DNA of 64,000 nucleotides from Dehalococcoidia bacterium (GCA_963665775.2 CAXXTF010000002.1:416001-480000), one strand, 5' to 3'. Shown: positions 29,769 to 39,825, counted from the stretch's first letter. Notes: generated by a model not told the origin, from the sequence alone. Numbers and translations are program-made.

Positions 29769-31472
29769 CCCGAATCCACCGAAGGACGGCCTTGGGGACA
29801 GTCCTTGAAGAAGCCATCGGGTGCTCCTCTGAATCTGGGATAATGGTTTTGGAACAGAAACCAGCCCGGAAACAAGGAGCACCCAATAGATGCTGCCACA
29901 GAACAAACCCGACCGTATCCGCATCCTCTTTGACGACCATCGCCTGGTGGCCAATGCCGGCCTGCTCCTGCCAGCCACCCTAGCCCGGCACCTGGGCCTG
30001 CGGGAACTCGTCGACCATCACCTTGACCTCGGCGGAGCGCCGGGACGGGCGAACACTGGGGACAAGATGCTGACGCTGGTCGCTTCCGCGCTGGCAGGCG
30101 GCGACTGCATCGACGACGCCGATGCGCTGCGCGCTGGTGGGACGGTCGGTGTTCTAGGCTGCGTGGTCAAGGCGCCATCCACCCTGGGGACCTTCCTGCG
30201 CAGCTTCCGGTGGGGGCATGTCCGTCAACTCGACCGCGTGAGCCGCCAGTTGTTGGCCCGGGCCTGGGCCGCTGGGGCCGGACCCGGCGACTCGCCCCTG
30301 ACCATCGACCTGGACTCGACCATCTGCGAGACCTATGGACTGGCCAAGGAGGGAGCGCGCCACCACGGCTATACCGGCGCCCGCGGCTATCACCCGCTGC
30401 TGGCCATTGCCGCCGGCACCGGCGAGGTGCTGATGTCCCGGCTGCGCGAGGGCCGGGCCAACACCGCCCGTGGCGCCGCCCACTTCCTGCGTGAGACGGT
30501 GGGGCGGGTGCGCTACGGCGGGGCCAGGGGACAACTCACGGTGCGGGCCGACAGCGGCTTCTACGCCCACACTGTCGTTGCCGCCTGCCGGGAAATGGAT
30601 GTCCGCTTCTCTATCACCATCCGCCAGCGCGCCAGCCTGCGGGACCTGATCGAGGCGATACCAGAGGAGGACTGGACTCCCATTCCCTACTGGATGGACG
30701 GCGCCGCCGATGTCGCCGAGACGACTTACACCCCGTTCCAGACCAAGCCGGACGCCGCGCCGGTGCGGCTCATTGTCCGGCGGGTGAAGCCGACGCCCGG
30801 TTCCCAGCTCGCCCTCTTCGCCAGATACAGCTATCACGCCTTCATCACCGACCGCGATGGGGAGACGCTGGAACTGGAGGCCGATCATCGCCGCCACGCC
30901 GAGGTCGAGAACGCCATACGCGACCTCAAGTACGGCGTCGGGCTGAACCACATGCCGTCGGGGCGCTTCGCCGCCAACGGCGCCTGGCTGGCGGTCCAGG
31001 TGATGGCGCATAACCTGGCCCGCTGGACAGCCCGCATCGGCCTGGGTCAGCAGATCGTGACCACCAAGACCCTCAGGCGGCGGGTCTTCGCTCTCGTGGG
31101 ACGGATCACCCGCTCGGCGCGCCGCCTCACTTTGCATCTCCCCCGGCGCTGGCCTTGGGAAACCCAGTTCAGTCGCGCCTTGGCCCGGCTGCAAGCCATT
31201 CCATTCCCGGCCTGACGGCCAGCCTGCAACTGACCCAACGTCCCCGCAATCTCGCGCCACCCCGGTCGCGAGAGTCCCCTGCTGCGTATCCTCTCGCCAT
31301 CCCGCGCATCGCAACTCCCGCATAGGGCCTTAGGGGCCCTGTGCGGCGACTGAAGACCGTCCGCCGGCCTCCCATCTACCCCAAGACCCCAGGCCATCTC
31401 CCCTGTAGCTCCCTCACCCACCCCCTTCCGCTGTCCTCACACCGTCCATCCGTGTCCTTCGGTGGATTCGGG
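29769..31472 (+). mobile_element. Complete IS1380-family insertion sequence (1704 bp)
   Basis: Perfect 19-bp terminal IRs CCCGAATCCACCGAAGGAC (29769-29787, 31454-31472); 5-bp target duplication CTAAG (29764-29768, 31473-31477); empty site visible near 36721-36740. Confidence 0.95.
29890..31215 (+). CDS. IS1380-family DDE transposase
   Basis: APSTLGTFL, TIDLDST, GYHPLL, VRADSGFY, VENAIRDLKYG, PSGRFAAN. Confidence 0.95.
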   Translation: MLPQNKPDRIRILFDDHRLVANAGLLLPATLARHLGLRELVDHHLDLGGAPGRANTGDKMLTLVASALAGGDCIDDADALRAGGTVGVLGCVVKAPSTLGTFLRSFRWGHVRQLDRVSRQLLARAWAAGAGPGDSPLTIDLDSTICETYGLAKEGARHHGYTGARGYHPLLAIAAGTGEVLMSRLREGRANTARGAAHFLRETVGRVRYGGARGQLTVRADSGFYAHTVVAACREMDVRFSITIRQRASLRDLIEAIPEEDWTPIPYWMDGAADVAETTYTPFQTKPDAAPVRLIVRRVKPTPGSQLALFARYSYHAFITDRDGETLELEADHRRHAEVENAIRDLKYGVGLNHMPSGRFAANGAWLAVQVMAHNLARWTARIGLGQQIVTTKTLRRRVFALVGRITRSARRLTLHLPRRWPWETQFSRALARLQAIPFPA

Positions 31473-31893
31473 CTAAGGCCTAACTAACCGTTCTCCGCCG
31501 CCGCTCTCGGCGCCATTATCGCCCCGACCTTCTTCTCCATGATCCCCTTGCTGCATCCGCCTTTGCGGCGCTGCGAGGGCCACCTTTGGGGCGGCCCACC
31601 ACCGGCTCGGACCCTGCCGATGGCCGCTTTCGGCGCGTCGAGCCGATCCTCCGTTAGACGATTAGCCGGCCTCTTCCGCAGGCGGCCGATCCCGGCGGTC
31701 TCTGCCTCGAAGTCAGGGCTTGGGCGACACAGCCGTATAGTTGATCCGAACGCTTGGGACAGGACTAAACCGGTGCCCCGGCGTTCGACTCTGAGGTAAG
31801 GCATCACGGTTGGCTCGGCGAGCAGGGGGAGGGGCAAACTCAGGCTGCAGCAAGTGATGAAAGATGCACCCAAACTGTAAGGAGGCAGGCCAG

Positions 31894-31922
31894 TTGACAA
31901 TCCGTTGCGTTAAGCGTAATGT
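31894..31922 (+). promoter_or_regulatory. Sigma70-type promoter
   Basis: TTGACA (31894), 17 nt, TAATGT (31917), upstream of CoA-transferase gene. Confidence 0.5.
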
Positions 31923-31985
31923 CCAGCCATCAAATGAAGTCCAGAAATGCCGGGCCAGGTTTGATATGGGAAATGTCGGCTCCAA

Positions 31986-34448
31986 ATGACTGCTGCCCTT
32001 GAGGGACTGAGGGCTATTGATTTCAGCCTCAGCATGGCTGGGGCGGTGGCGACGATGATCCTGGCCGATTACGGCGTTGGCGTCATCAAAGTTGAGCCGC
32101 CAGGAGGCGACCCCTTACGGGCGCAGCCAGCCTTCTACGCCTGGAACCGTGGCAAGAAGAGTGTTGTGCTTGACCTGAAGACCGACGCCGGACTGGAGAC
32201 AGCACAGCAGCTGGCGGGGCAGGCAGACGTAGTGATGGAAAGCTTTCGCCCCGGCGTCGCTGACCGGCTGGGCATAGGCTACGAGGCGCTGTCCGCGGGG
32301 AACCCTCGTTTGGTCTACTGCTCCATTACGGGATTCGGCTCTGCGGGTCCCTATACCAAGCTAAAGGGCTACGATGGCATTGTTGCTGCTAAAGTGGGCC
32401 GCTTTCTCCAGTTCAGCGCCATGGCCAAGCGGGAGGGGCCAGTATTTGCAGCAGTGCCTGCGGCTAGCTTTGGAGCTTCTCAGACAGGCCTCCAGGGAGT
32501 CTTGGCGGCTCTCTACCTTCGAGAGCGAACGGGCCAGGGGCAGCACGTCCGGACCAGCCTGCTTCAGGCCCTCACCGCCTACGATCTTGGTGATTGGCTA
32601 GGCTGGCAACTGGCGCAGCGCAACCCCCAGACGGCGTCACCCGCACCTTCAGGGGGGCGAGGGGGACCCGCCCCTGGCCTCATCTACCTTGTGGCGTGCA
32701 CGGCTGATGGTTATTGGCTTCAATTCGCCCAGACCGCACCCCATCTTTTCTTTGCCTGGATGAAGGCTATAGGCCTGGAGCATCTGTATCAGGACGAGCG
32801 TTACAGGACATTGCCCAACCTGCCCCCGGAGGAGCGTGTGGCCGTCTGGGAGATGATCCTACGGCGAATGGCCGAGAAGCCCCTGAAAGAGTGGCAAGCA
32901 ATTTTCGAGGAGGAACCGGATATCTCGGCCGAGATTGTCCGCACGACAGAGGAGGGCCTGCAGCACCGCCAGATGCTACACAACGGGCAGGTTATCGAGT
33001 CGGAGCAGCCTGATGTAGGTCGCATTAAGCAGGTGGGGCCGCTGGTGCACATGGCGGCCACCCCGGGGGGCGTTCAGGGCCCGGCGCCCTTGCTGAACCA
33101 GCATGCGGAAGAGGTGACGCGCCGGGCATCTGAATCACGTCCGGATATCGAACCAGGGAAGAATGGAGCAGCGATGCCAGCGAGCCCTCTCGAGGGTATA
33201 ACCGTCCTTGAGCTCGCGGGTTACTATGCCGCTCCCTTTGGTACCAACCTCCTTGCCGACCTGGGCGCCCGCGTTATCAAGATCGAGCCGCTGGAAGGCG
33301 ACCCCATGCGATCCATGGGTTCCGATCAGCTTTCCACCAGTACAGTGAAGACCACCCAGGGCAAGGAGAGCATCGCCGTCGACCTGAAGACGCCGGAGGG
33401 CAAAGAGATAGTCCATAAGCTGGTGGCCAGGGCCGACCTCCTCATGCACAATTACAGGCCGGGGGTGCCTGAGCGCCTCGGCATCGACTACCAGACGTTG
33501 AGGGCCATCAATCCTCGACTAGTGTACTTATACGCCGGCTCGTACGGCCCAACGGGCCCTGATGCCAAGCGGCCGGCATACGATCCCACGCCAGGTGCCG
33601 TCGTCGGCAACACACGGTACCAGTACGGGGAGGGTCTTCCGCCCCGGGGCGCAGCCCCGGAGGCCCTTGATGAGTTAAAAAGAGTCTCGGCCCGCCTCAA
33701 CATAGCTAACTGGGGCTTTGGTGATCCAAGCTCCGCCATAGTAGTAGGCACTGCTTTGCTGCTGGGATTGCTGGCGCGGGAGCGTACCGGTAAGGGTCAG
33801 GAGATGATGACGACGATGCTCTGCTCCAATGCCTACACCTCGACCGACTTCCTCGGCTATGACGGTAAGCCGGAGAGGCAGCTGCCGGATGCAGACCTGT
33901 ACGGCCTGGGCCCCATTTACCGCCTCTATAGAGCACGGGAGGGATGGATATTCCTGGCCTGCCTCAAGGAAAAGGAATGGGAAGCTCTGTGCATCGCTCT
34001 CGACAGGCCGGAGCTTAAGGAGGACGCGCGATTCCGTACTCCAACCGCTCGCCGGGGGCATAGCGCCGAGCTCGCGGCCATTCTGGAGGAAGCGTTTAGT
34101 CAGCGCGATGCGGACGGGTGGGAGGCCTATCTGAGCGGCTTCGATGTAGCCTGCGTACGGGCTGACAAGATGCGCTTCGGAGAATTTGCCAACGTAGACC
34201 CGGGGATGGAGGCAAACGGCTTTGTCGCCCAGGTGGAGGCCCCTATCCTTGGCCTCCACCGACGCCACGGCCCGACGGTTCAGCTATCGAAGACCGGTGC
34301 CAGGATGGGGCCGAGTTGCCTGCTCGGCCAGCACACGAGGCAGATTCTGGCCGAGTTGGGCTATGGCGAGGAGCAGACAAAAGGGCTTAAGACGCGGCGA
34401 GTTGTTACCGGGCCGGACGAGACTTGGCTTACGCGGGCTCCACTATGA
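31986..34448 (+). CDS. Tandem double-domain class III CoA-transferase (CaiB/BaiF), paralog of 26911-29268
   Basis: Duplicated VIK(V/I)EP and RPGV motifs; Asp kept only in domain 2 (FGDPS), Ser in domain 1 (AASFG). Confidence 0.93.
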   Translation: MTAALEGLRAIDFSLSMAGAVATMILADYGVGVIKVEPPGGDPLRAQPAFYAWNRGKKSVVLDLKTDAGLETAQQLAGQADVVMESFRPGVADRLGIGYEALSAGNPRLVYCSITGFGSAGPYTKLKGYDGIVAAKVGRFLQFSAMAKREGPVFAAVPAASFGASQTGLQGVLAALYLRERTGQGQHVRTSLLQALTAYDLGDWLGWQLAQRNPQTASPAPSGGRGGPAPGLIYLVACTADGYWLQFAQTAPHLFFAWMKAIGLEHLYQDERYRTLPNLPPEERVAVWEMILRRMAEKPLKEWQAIFEEEPDISAEIVRTTEEGLQHRQMLHNGQVIESEQPDVGRIKQVGPLVHMAATPGGVQGPAPLLNQHAEEVTRRASESRPDIEPGKNGAAMPASPLEGITVLELAGYYAAPFGTNLLADLGARVIKIEPLEGDPMRSMGSDQLSTSTVKTTQGKESIAVDLKTPEGKEIVHKLVARADLLMHNYRPGVPERLGIDYQTLRAINPRLVYLYAGSYGPTGPDAKRPAYDPTPGAVVGNTRYQYGEGLPPRGAAPEALDELKRVSARLNIANWGFGDPSSAIVVGTALLLGLLARERTGKGQEMMTTMLCSNAYTSTDFLGYDGKPERQLPDADLYGLGPIYRLYRAREGWIFLACLKEKEWEALCIALDRPELKEDARFRTPTARRGHSAELAAILEEAFSQRDADGWEAYLSGFDVACVRADKMRFGEFANVDPGMEANGFVAQVEAPILGLHRRHGPTVQLSKTGARMGPSCLLGQHTRQILAELGYGEEQTKGLKTRRVVTGPDETWLTRAPL

Positions 34449-34541
34449 AGTCGTTGTGTGAGGCGGTTCAAGACCGCGACCGTCGTAATCCCTGGGCGGT
34501 CATTTAGCGTGCTTCCGTGTCTGAAGCGCAATCAGGGTGAC

Positions 34542-34901
34542 TTAGTCTTCGGCCAGAATAATGGTGACCCCGCCGTGTTGCGTGCCCAGACTGAAGCCGG
34601 TGCCGTGGCAGAGGGCTATCTTGCAGTCCTTGACCTGCCTCTTCCCTTCATTGCCCCGTAGCTGCCGGGTGGCCTCGATCACGAGGAAGAGGCCTCGCGC
34701 ACCGGGTTGGTTGGAGGAGAGCCCGCCGCTATCCTGCCGTAGTCCCGATAGCCGGCGCTGCGGTGCTCCACCGCCATCGCCCCGCCCAGGAGCCACACCG
34801 GCGGCCTCCGCCTCCAACCGCGGCTCCGTGTAGCCCGGAATGACGCGGCCCGGGAATTCATGGACGCCGACGACAGCCGCTTTCCTGGCAAGAGATCCCA
34901 T
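34542..34901 (-). pseudogene. Internally deleted SCP-x-type thiolase
   Basis: AGGAGG RBS; thiolase N-terminus KAAVVGVHE joined to C-terminus GGLSSNQPG.RG...IEATRQLRG...RQV...ALCHGTG; 119 aa against ~390 expected. Confidence 0.8.
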
Positions 34902-35125
34902 TAGAGCCTCCCTTTTAGTCTTCCCCGGCGTTCCCGGCCAAGACTAGCGGCCAAGACCTCAGTGGCCCGATTATACACGTTCGCCACGACTGTCAGATGC
35001 GGAGTAGAGGGCATCGATAGAGTGACCGCCAGCGATAATGAGAGTAGTCGCTCCCTTGGTCCAGCGGGGGCTGACCCTTGCCGGCAGCACGTAGTGTCAC
35101 TCATGTACCGAACGAGTACAATAAC

Positions 35126-35154
35126 TTGACAACTTTGTCGAACGGTAGTTTAAT
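35126..35154 (+). promoter_or_regulatory. Sigma70-type promoter with overlapping palindromic operator candidate
   Basis: TTGACA, 17 nt, TTTAAT; GACAA-CT-TTGTC overlaps the -35; TGTAC-N7-GTACA at 35104-35120. Confidence 0.6.
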
Positions 35155-35190
35155 GCGACCAGAAGTTCACCCAGGAAAGGAGCCGAGCCC

Positions 35191-36399
35191 ATGCGCAACT
35201 ATCAGTTAGTTTCTGCCGATTCCCACGTGGAGGGGCCGCCCGCGTGGGCGGAGAGGCTCCCCAAGGACCTACGGGACAAAGGTCCGCGCATCGTGCAGCT
35301 AGAAGACGGTGATGCGGTAGTGCTGGGCGACGGTAAGCCCGTCCCTATCACTGGACTGGCGTTGACTGCCGGCCAGAAGTACGCCGAGATCAGACTGCGC
35401 GGCCGTAAATACAGTGAGGAGCCAGGCGCCGGCGTCGACCCACAGCAGCGGGTGGCCGAGCAGGACAAGGACGGGGTTGACGCAGAGAACCTCTTCCACT
35501 CCGTTGGCGCCATCCTGGGCCGAATGGAAGATCCTATCCTGATACGGGAGTCGATTCGGGCCTATAACGATTGGCTATCAGACTTCTGCTCTTACGCCCC
35601 GGACCGCCTCTTCGGCCAGGGCTTCTTGCCTTACACCGGCATCGATGACGCCGTGGCCGAGCTGCAGCGGATAGCGAAGAAGCCTGGCCTGCGCTCGGCC
35701 TACCTGCACCGGTTCCCCTCCGGAGGCGCCACGCCATCACCGGACGACGACAAGTTCTGGGCGGCAGCGGCCGATCTCGGAGTGACGGTGGCTTCCCACC
35801 ACAATTTCGGGGGCAGAGGCATGGGCGGTGAGCAAATTCTGGACGACCCCGCCGCACAAATGTTCGCCTGGATCCTAACCTCCGACATGCCCGTCCCCAC
35901 GATGCCCATCGTCACCATCATCCAGCTGATGCTTACGGGCGTCTTCGACCGCTACCCCAACCTGAGACTGTTCTTCGGCGAGACAGGCATCGGCTGGCTG
36001 CCCTACTGGCTGGAACAGATGGACGACCGCTACGACCGCCACCGCTTCTGGCCAGAGGTGGACCTGCCCCGGCGCCCCAGCCAGTACTTCCGCGACCAGA
36101 TCCACGTCTCCTTCCAAGAAGACCATGCAGGCATCGCTCTGCGCCACCTCATCGGCGTCGACAACATCTGCTGGGCCAGCGACTTCCCCCACGCCGTGGG
36201 CGATTGGCCATATTCGCAGGAGACGGCGGCTCGCCAGTTTCGGGATGTACCCGACGACGAGCGACATAAGATCCAGGCCCTGAATATTTTGGAGTGGCTG
36301 CACATCATCACTCTGCCAGAGAAGGAAGAGATGGCTCGCCAGACGGTGGTGGACCGGGCCCCTGCGGAGCTACTGGCTCGCGGCGCCCGAAGGCTCTAA
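35191..36399 (+). CDS. Amidohydrolase_2 family metal-dependent hydrolase/decarboxylase
   Basis: VSADSHV, AYNDWL, DDKFWAAA, GVFDRYPNL..FGETGIGW, WASDFPH. Confidence 0.9.
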   Translation: MRNYQLVSADSHVEGPPAWAERLPKDLRDKGPRIVQLEDGDAVVLGDGKPVPITGLALTAGQKYAEIRLRGRKYSEEPGAGVDPQQRVAEQDKDGVDAENLFHSVGAILGRMEDPILIRESIRAYNDWLSDFCSYAPDRLFGQGFLPYTGIDDAVAELQRIAKKPGLRSAYLHRFPSGGATPSPDDDKFWAAAADLGVTVASHHNFGGRGMGGEQILDDPAAQMFAWILTSDMPVPTMPIVTIIQLMLTGVFDRYPNLRLFFGETGIGWLPYWLEQMDDRYDRHRFWPEVDLPRRPSQYFRDQIHVSFQEDHAGIALRHLIGVDNICWASDFPHAVGDWPYSQETAARQFRDVPDDERHKIQALNILEWLHIITLPEKEEMARQTVVDRAPAELLARGARRL

Positions 36400-36462
36400 G
36401 CCGGGCGAGGCCGCTGGCCGGCGAGCCCTTGATCGACCGGGCGCCCGCGGAGTTCACTCCTT

Positions 36463-36808
36463 CGTGGAAATCGCCCGGGACAAGGCGCTGCCCGCCGCTG
36501 GCTTTGGAGCCGACACGGACCAACTGGCCCAGAGTGTGGGGCAGATGCCCGCTTTCGCCAGCGGCATCCAGATTGCCGGGGGCTGGCTGAGGTTCGTGGG
36601 CGGCGGCATCCCCCTGCGGCGGGACGGCCAGTTGTTGGGGGCCGTCGGCATCTCCGGCAGCAGCAGTCAGCAGGAGATCGACTGCGCCCAGGTGGGTCTG
36701 GCTCAGCTATAGCGTAGAGGGTACCGCTTAAGGCCTAACTAACCGTTCTCCGCCGCCGCGCTCGGCGCCATTATCGCCCCGACCTTCTTCTCCATGGTCC
36801 CTTTACTC
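36463..36808 (+). repeat. Copy 2 of the ~340-bp direct repeat (no IS)
   Basis: Contains 5'-truncated glcG (36464-36712) and the 3' end of intact tlpA. Confidence 0.9.
36464..36712 (+). pseudogene. 5'-truncated duplicate of the GlcG/HbpS gene
   Basis: Near-identical to the last 82 aa of 29349-29747; N-terminal 50 aa absent. Confidence 0.88.
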
Positions 36809-37485
36809 ATGGAGCCGATGCGAAACTCGCGGACGATCCCGTCTCTATCTATGAAGAGATGGGTGGGGATGCCGACGATGCGGTAGGTGGCCGCCACGGC
36901 GGTGCTCTGGTCGAGGCCAACCGTGTAGCTGATCCCGACGCGCTCCACGTAGTCCCTCACGGTATCCGCGCCCTCGGCTATGCTTATGGCGATGAGCACC
37001 AGCCCTTCATCCCGGTTCGCTTCATAAACGGTCACCATGTCCGGGCTCTCTGCTCGGCAGGGCGGGCACCAGGTGGCCCAGAAGCTGATCCACACCGGCT
37101 GTCCGCGGAAGTCACTAAGCTGGAATGACTCACCGTCTAGCCCCAGAAGCTCGAACTGCGGCGCCTCCTGGCCGATCCGTGGCGCTGGACCGGTGGCTCC
37201 GGCCGTCAGGGTGATCGCCTCGCTGCCGCCGGCGCCCCCTGGCCGGTCAAAAAACAAGACTAGCCCCACGATGATGAGGCCGACAGCTATGGTCGAGAGG
37301 ATATTCCGCAGGGCGCCTGGCCGCGGCCGAGGGAACGGAGGGCGGGCAAGGATTTCGGCGGCGGATTCGTCCTCCCGCTCAGGAGTGCGCGAGACAGCCT
37401 GTCCCTCTCCATCGATAGCTGCTGACTCCTCGGCCGGTAGTGCTGCCTCGCCGTTGGGTTGGCTGTCGCCTTCGCTGTCAGGCAT
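36739..37485 (-). CDS. resA: TlpA/ResA family thiol-disulfide oxidoreductase
   Basis: TM anchor, APQFEL, LSDFRGQPV, FWATWCPPCRAE, GIPT..FID. Confidence 0.9.
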   Translation of the reverse strand: MPDSEGDSQPNGEAALPAEESAAIDGEGQAVSRTPEREDESAAEILARPPFPRPRPGALRNILSTIAVGLIIVGLVLFFDRPGGAGGSEAITLTAGATGPAPRIGQEAPQFELLGLDGESFQLSDFRGQPVWISFWATWCPPCRAESPDMVTVYEANRDEGLVLIAISIAEGADTVRDYVERVGISYTVGLDQSTAVAATYRIVGIPTHLFIDRDGIVREFRIGSMSKGTMEKKVGAIMAPSAAAENG

Positions 37486-38344
37486 AGCTGTGCAAGCCGC
37501 CCAGGAAGTAGTTGCCCCAGAGAGTGAACATGGTAGCGCCGAAGCCCACGATTAGCAGGCCAGCGGCGCCGGCGCCTCGCCACTCTCGCAGTACGCGGGC
37601 GTGCAGGTAGCCCCCGTAGATGAGCCAGGTCACCAGGGCAGCCGTCTCCTTGGGGTCCCAGGTCCAGTAGGAGCCCCAGGCGATATGTGCCCAGACGGCG
37701 CCCAGGATGAGCGTCATCGCCATCAGAGGGAAGCCGATGAGTACAGCCCTGTACGAGATCTCGTCGAGCACCGCTGCCCTGGGCAACCAGCGGACGGTGT
37801 CGTGTCGCTGGAACAGGTAGAGAACGGCGCCGCCGAAGGCCACGGCGAAGGCCCCGTAGGCCAGCACGGCCACGCTGACGTGAACGGTCAGGAGCAGATC
37901 GTTCTGAAGCGCCGGCACCAGCGGCCGGATCTCTGATGGGATGGTTGTCGAGTAGGCCAGCATGCCCAAAGCCACCGGTAGCACCAGCAGGGCCAGCGCG
38001 CGCAGCCTGTAAGCGACCTCGAAGTAGAGGCAGATGATCACGGCGCCCCAGGCGAACGCCAGAGAGAACTCATACATGTTGGAGATAGGGCCGCGCCCGC
38101 TGTCGATCGTGCGGAAGATCAGGGATGCCGACAGGAAGACGAGCGCGTTGATCGTCGCGATGGTGGCGTAGCGACCGGCCGAATCCACGGCACCGAGCGC
38201 TGTCGAGGTCGAGATGGAGCCGCCGTTAGCGGCACCGATCAGCTGGACGCTCCTGGCCCCGACGAGGTTAGCTAGGTAGAGGAACAGCGCCAGGCCCAGC
38301 GCTGCGAATGACGCTACGAAGGCGTATTGCGAAAGCTCATACAT
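37478..38344 (-). CDS. ccsA: Cytochrome c synthase WWD subunit (CcsA/ResC), system II
   Basis: PALQ...LTVHV, GAVWAHIAWGSYWTWDPKET, YLHAR, GLHSYA; ATG overlaps resB stop. Confidence 0.95.
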   Translation of the reverse strand: MYELSQYAFVASFAALGLALFLYLANLVGARSVQLIGAANGGSISTSTALGAVDSAGRYATIATINALVFLSASLIFRTIDSGRGPISNMYEFSLAFAWGAVIICLYFEVAYRLRALALLVLPVALGMLAYSTTIPSEIRPLVPALQNDLLLTVHVSVAVLAYGAFAVAFGGAVLYLFQRHDTVRWLPRAAVLDEISYRAVLIGFPLMAMTLILGAVWAHIAWGSYWTWDPKETAALVTWLIYGGYLHARVLREWRGAGAAGLLIVGFGATMFTLWGNYFLGGLHSYA

Positions 38345-39817
38345 CTTTGGCTCCTCCGCCGGAGTCACCGCTCTCCCGGGCGGTTCCCAGCTCCCCTGCT
38401 ACCCTATCACTTAATCGGTCGAACTCGCGGGATAACGATACGTCTCGTTGCGCCGTCATGCCCAGTCTCACCTCGGTTGTGCCGTCCGGGCCTGGCTTGC
38501 AGAGCGCCCATAGCCGCCGGTGCGGAAAGTAGAAGAGCATGACCAGGCCCAGAAGCATCAGGATACTGGCGATCCAGATAATGTTGATGCCAGGGTTCTT
38601 CACCACCTTGAGGCCGGTGAAACGCCCCTCCCTCTGGAAGGTGAAACTGAGCTCTTCCATCTCTTGAGGCGCACCCTGGGACAGGTTCTGTACGGCCACA
38701 AGCCTGTCGCCGTTCTCCGCGTATACCTCCACCCTCATCTCCCCCGCTGGGACGAGGGGGTCGGTGAGGCCGGATGTAGGCCCGATGACGTTGACGGCTA
38801 GCCCCTGCTCTGGGATGTTGAAGCTTCCGAGAGGGCGACCCTCATCCTTTGTCCGCCCGGCGAGAGGTACGGGCTCACTGAAGAGTGTCTGCCCCGCCGT
38901 GTCCGTCACCTTCATGACCGCTGTCTGACCGAAGAACGATTGGTGGAGGCGGATACCGTCGTAGCTCATCGGGGAGTTGACCCGGATCGTCCCTTCCTTC
39001 ACCGGCACACCCTTATCATAGATCACGACTTCGCTCCGGAAATCTCTAGGTGGCCCTTCCAGGTAGTACTCGTCCACGAAGTGCTCCAGGCTGACCGAGA
39101 TGTCGGTGCCCAGCCCGAGCTCGCTGGTGGCGCCCTCGGATACGATGAACTGGGGGTCGCTGAACCCCCATAGGCTCTCCACAGTGGCGCCGGCCAGGAT
39201 GAGGACGAGGCTTACGTGGCTGAGGAAAGAACCGAATCCGCTGAGGCGGTTCCGGTCCGCATAGATCGCCACCGCGTCGGCGTCCACCTGCGTCTGTACC
39301 CGATAGCGGGTGTCGGAAAGGGCGCCTGTGATGCGCTCCGCTGTCGTGGATACCGGCAGGGCCGGCGTCAGGACGGCGTTGAAGCGGGTGTGCTCAAAGA
39401 AGGCGTCCCCCATACGGGTGCGCGTACCGAACGCGGCGGTCCAGATCCCCTTCCAGCGATCGATCGAGGAGACCAGGATGTTGACGGTTAGCAGTCCCAG
39501 GAGCAGCCGAAACCAGATCGAATGGAAGACGTCGAACAGGAGGAGCGCCTCGAAGACGTCGGTCAGGAAGGGCCCGTATGCGCCGCGGGCGTTCTCCAGC
39601 CACTGAGCGTAGGAAGCTGGGTTGGCCAGAATGGAGGGCGGCACCTGTCTCAGAAGGGTACCGGCCAGCACCGCTGCCGCCAGCAGGAAGATCAGCATCA
39701 GGGCCAGGCGGACAGAGGTGAAGAGGTGCCAGGCCTGGCCTAGAAGGTCTAGCTCCCACGGTTTGCCGGCGGCCTTCTTCGCGGCTCTGCTCGACTCAGC
39801 GCTACCGGTGTCTCCAT
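38337..39817 (-). CDS. resB: Cytochrome c biogenesis protein ResB/CcsB (5' end appears frameshifted; open frame 38337-39698)
   Basis: FTSVRLAL, GTLLRQ, VFHSIWF, conserved His in LSHVSL, FRSEV, IRVNSP, QSFFG, FYFPHRRLW. Confidence 0.88.
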
Positions 39818-39825
39818 CGACCTTC

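Larger units (their letters stand above)
29498..31552 (+). repeat. Copy 1 of a ~340-bp direct repeat (glcG 3' part, spacer, tlpA 3' end), split by the IS1380 insertion
   Basis: 29498-29768 plus 31478-31552 align with 36463-36808, with scattered differences. Confidence 0.9.

Noticed and set aside
31560-31900. Minus-strand ORF with enoyl-CoA-hydratase-like words (LRVERRG, RPANRLTEDRLDA)
   Set aside because: Too degenerate to support by eye; blastx would be needed.
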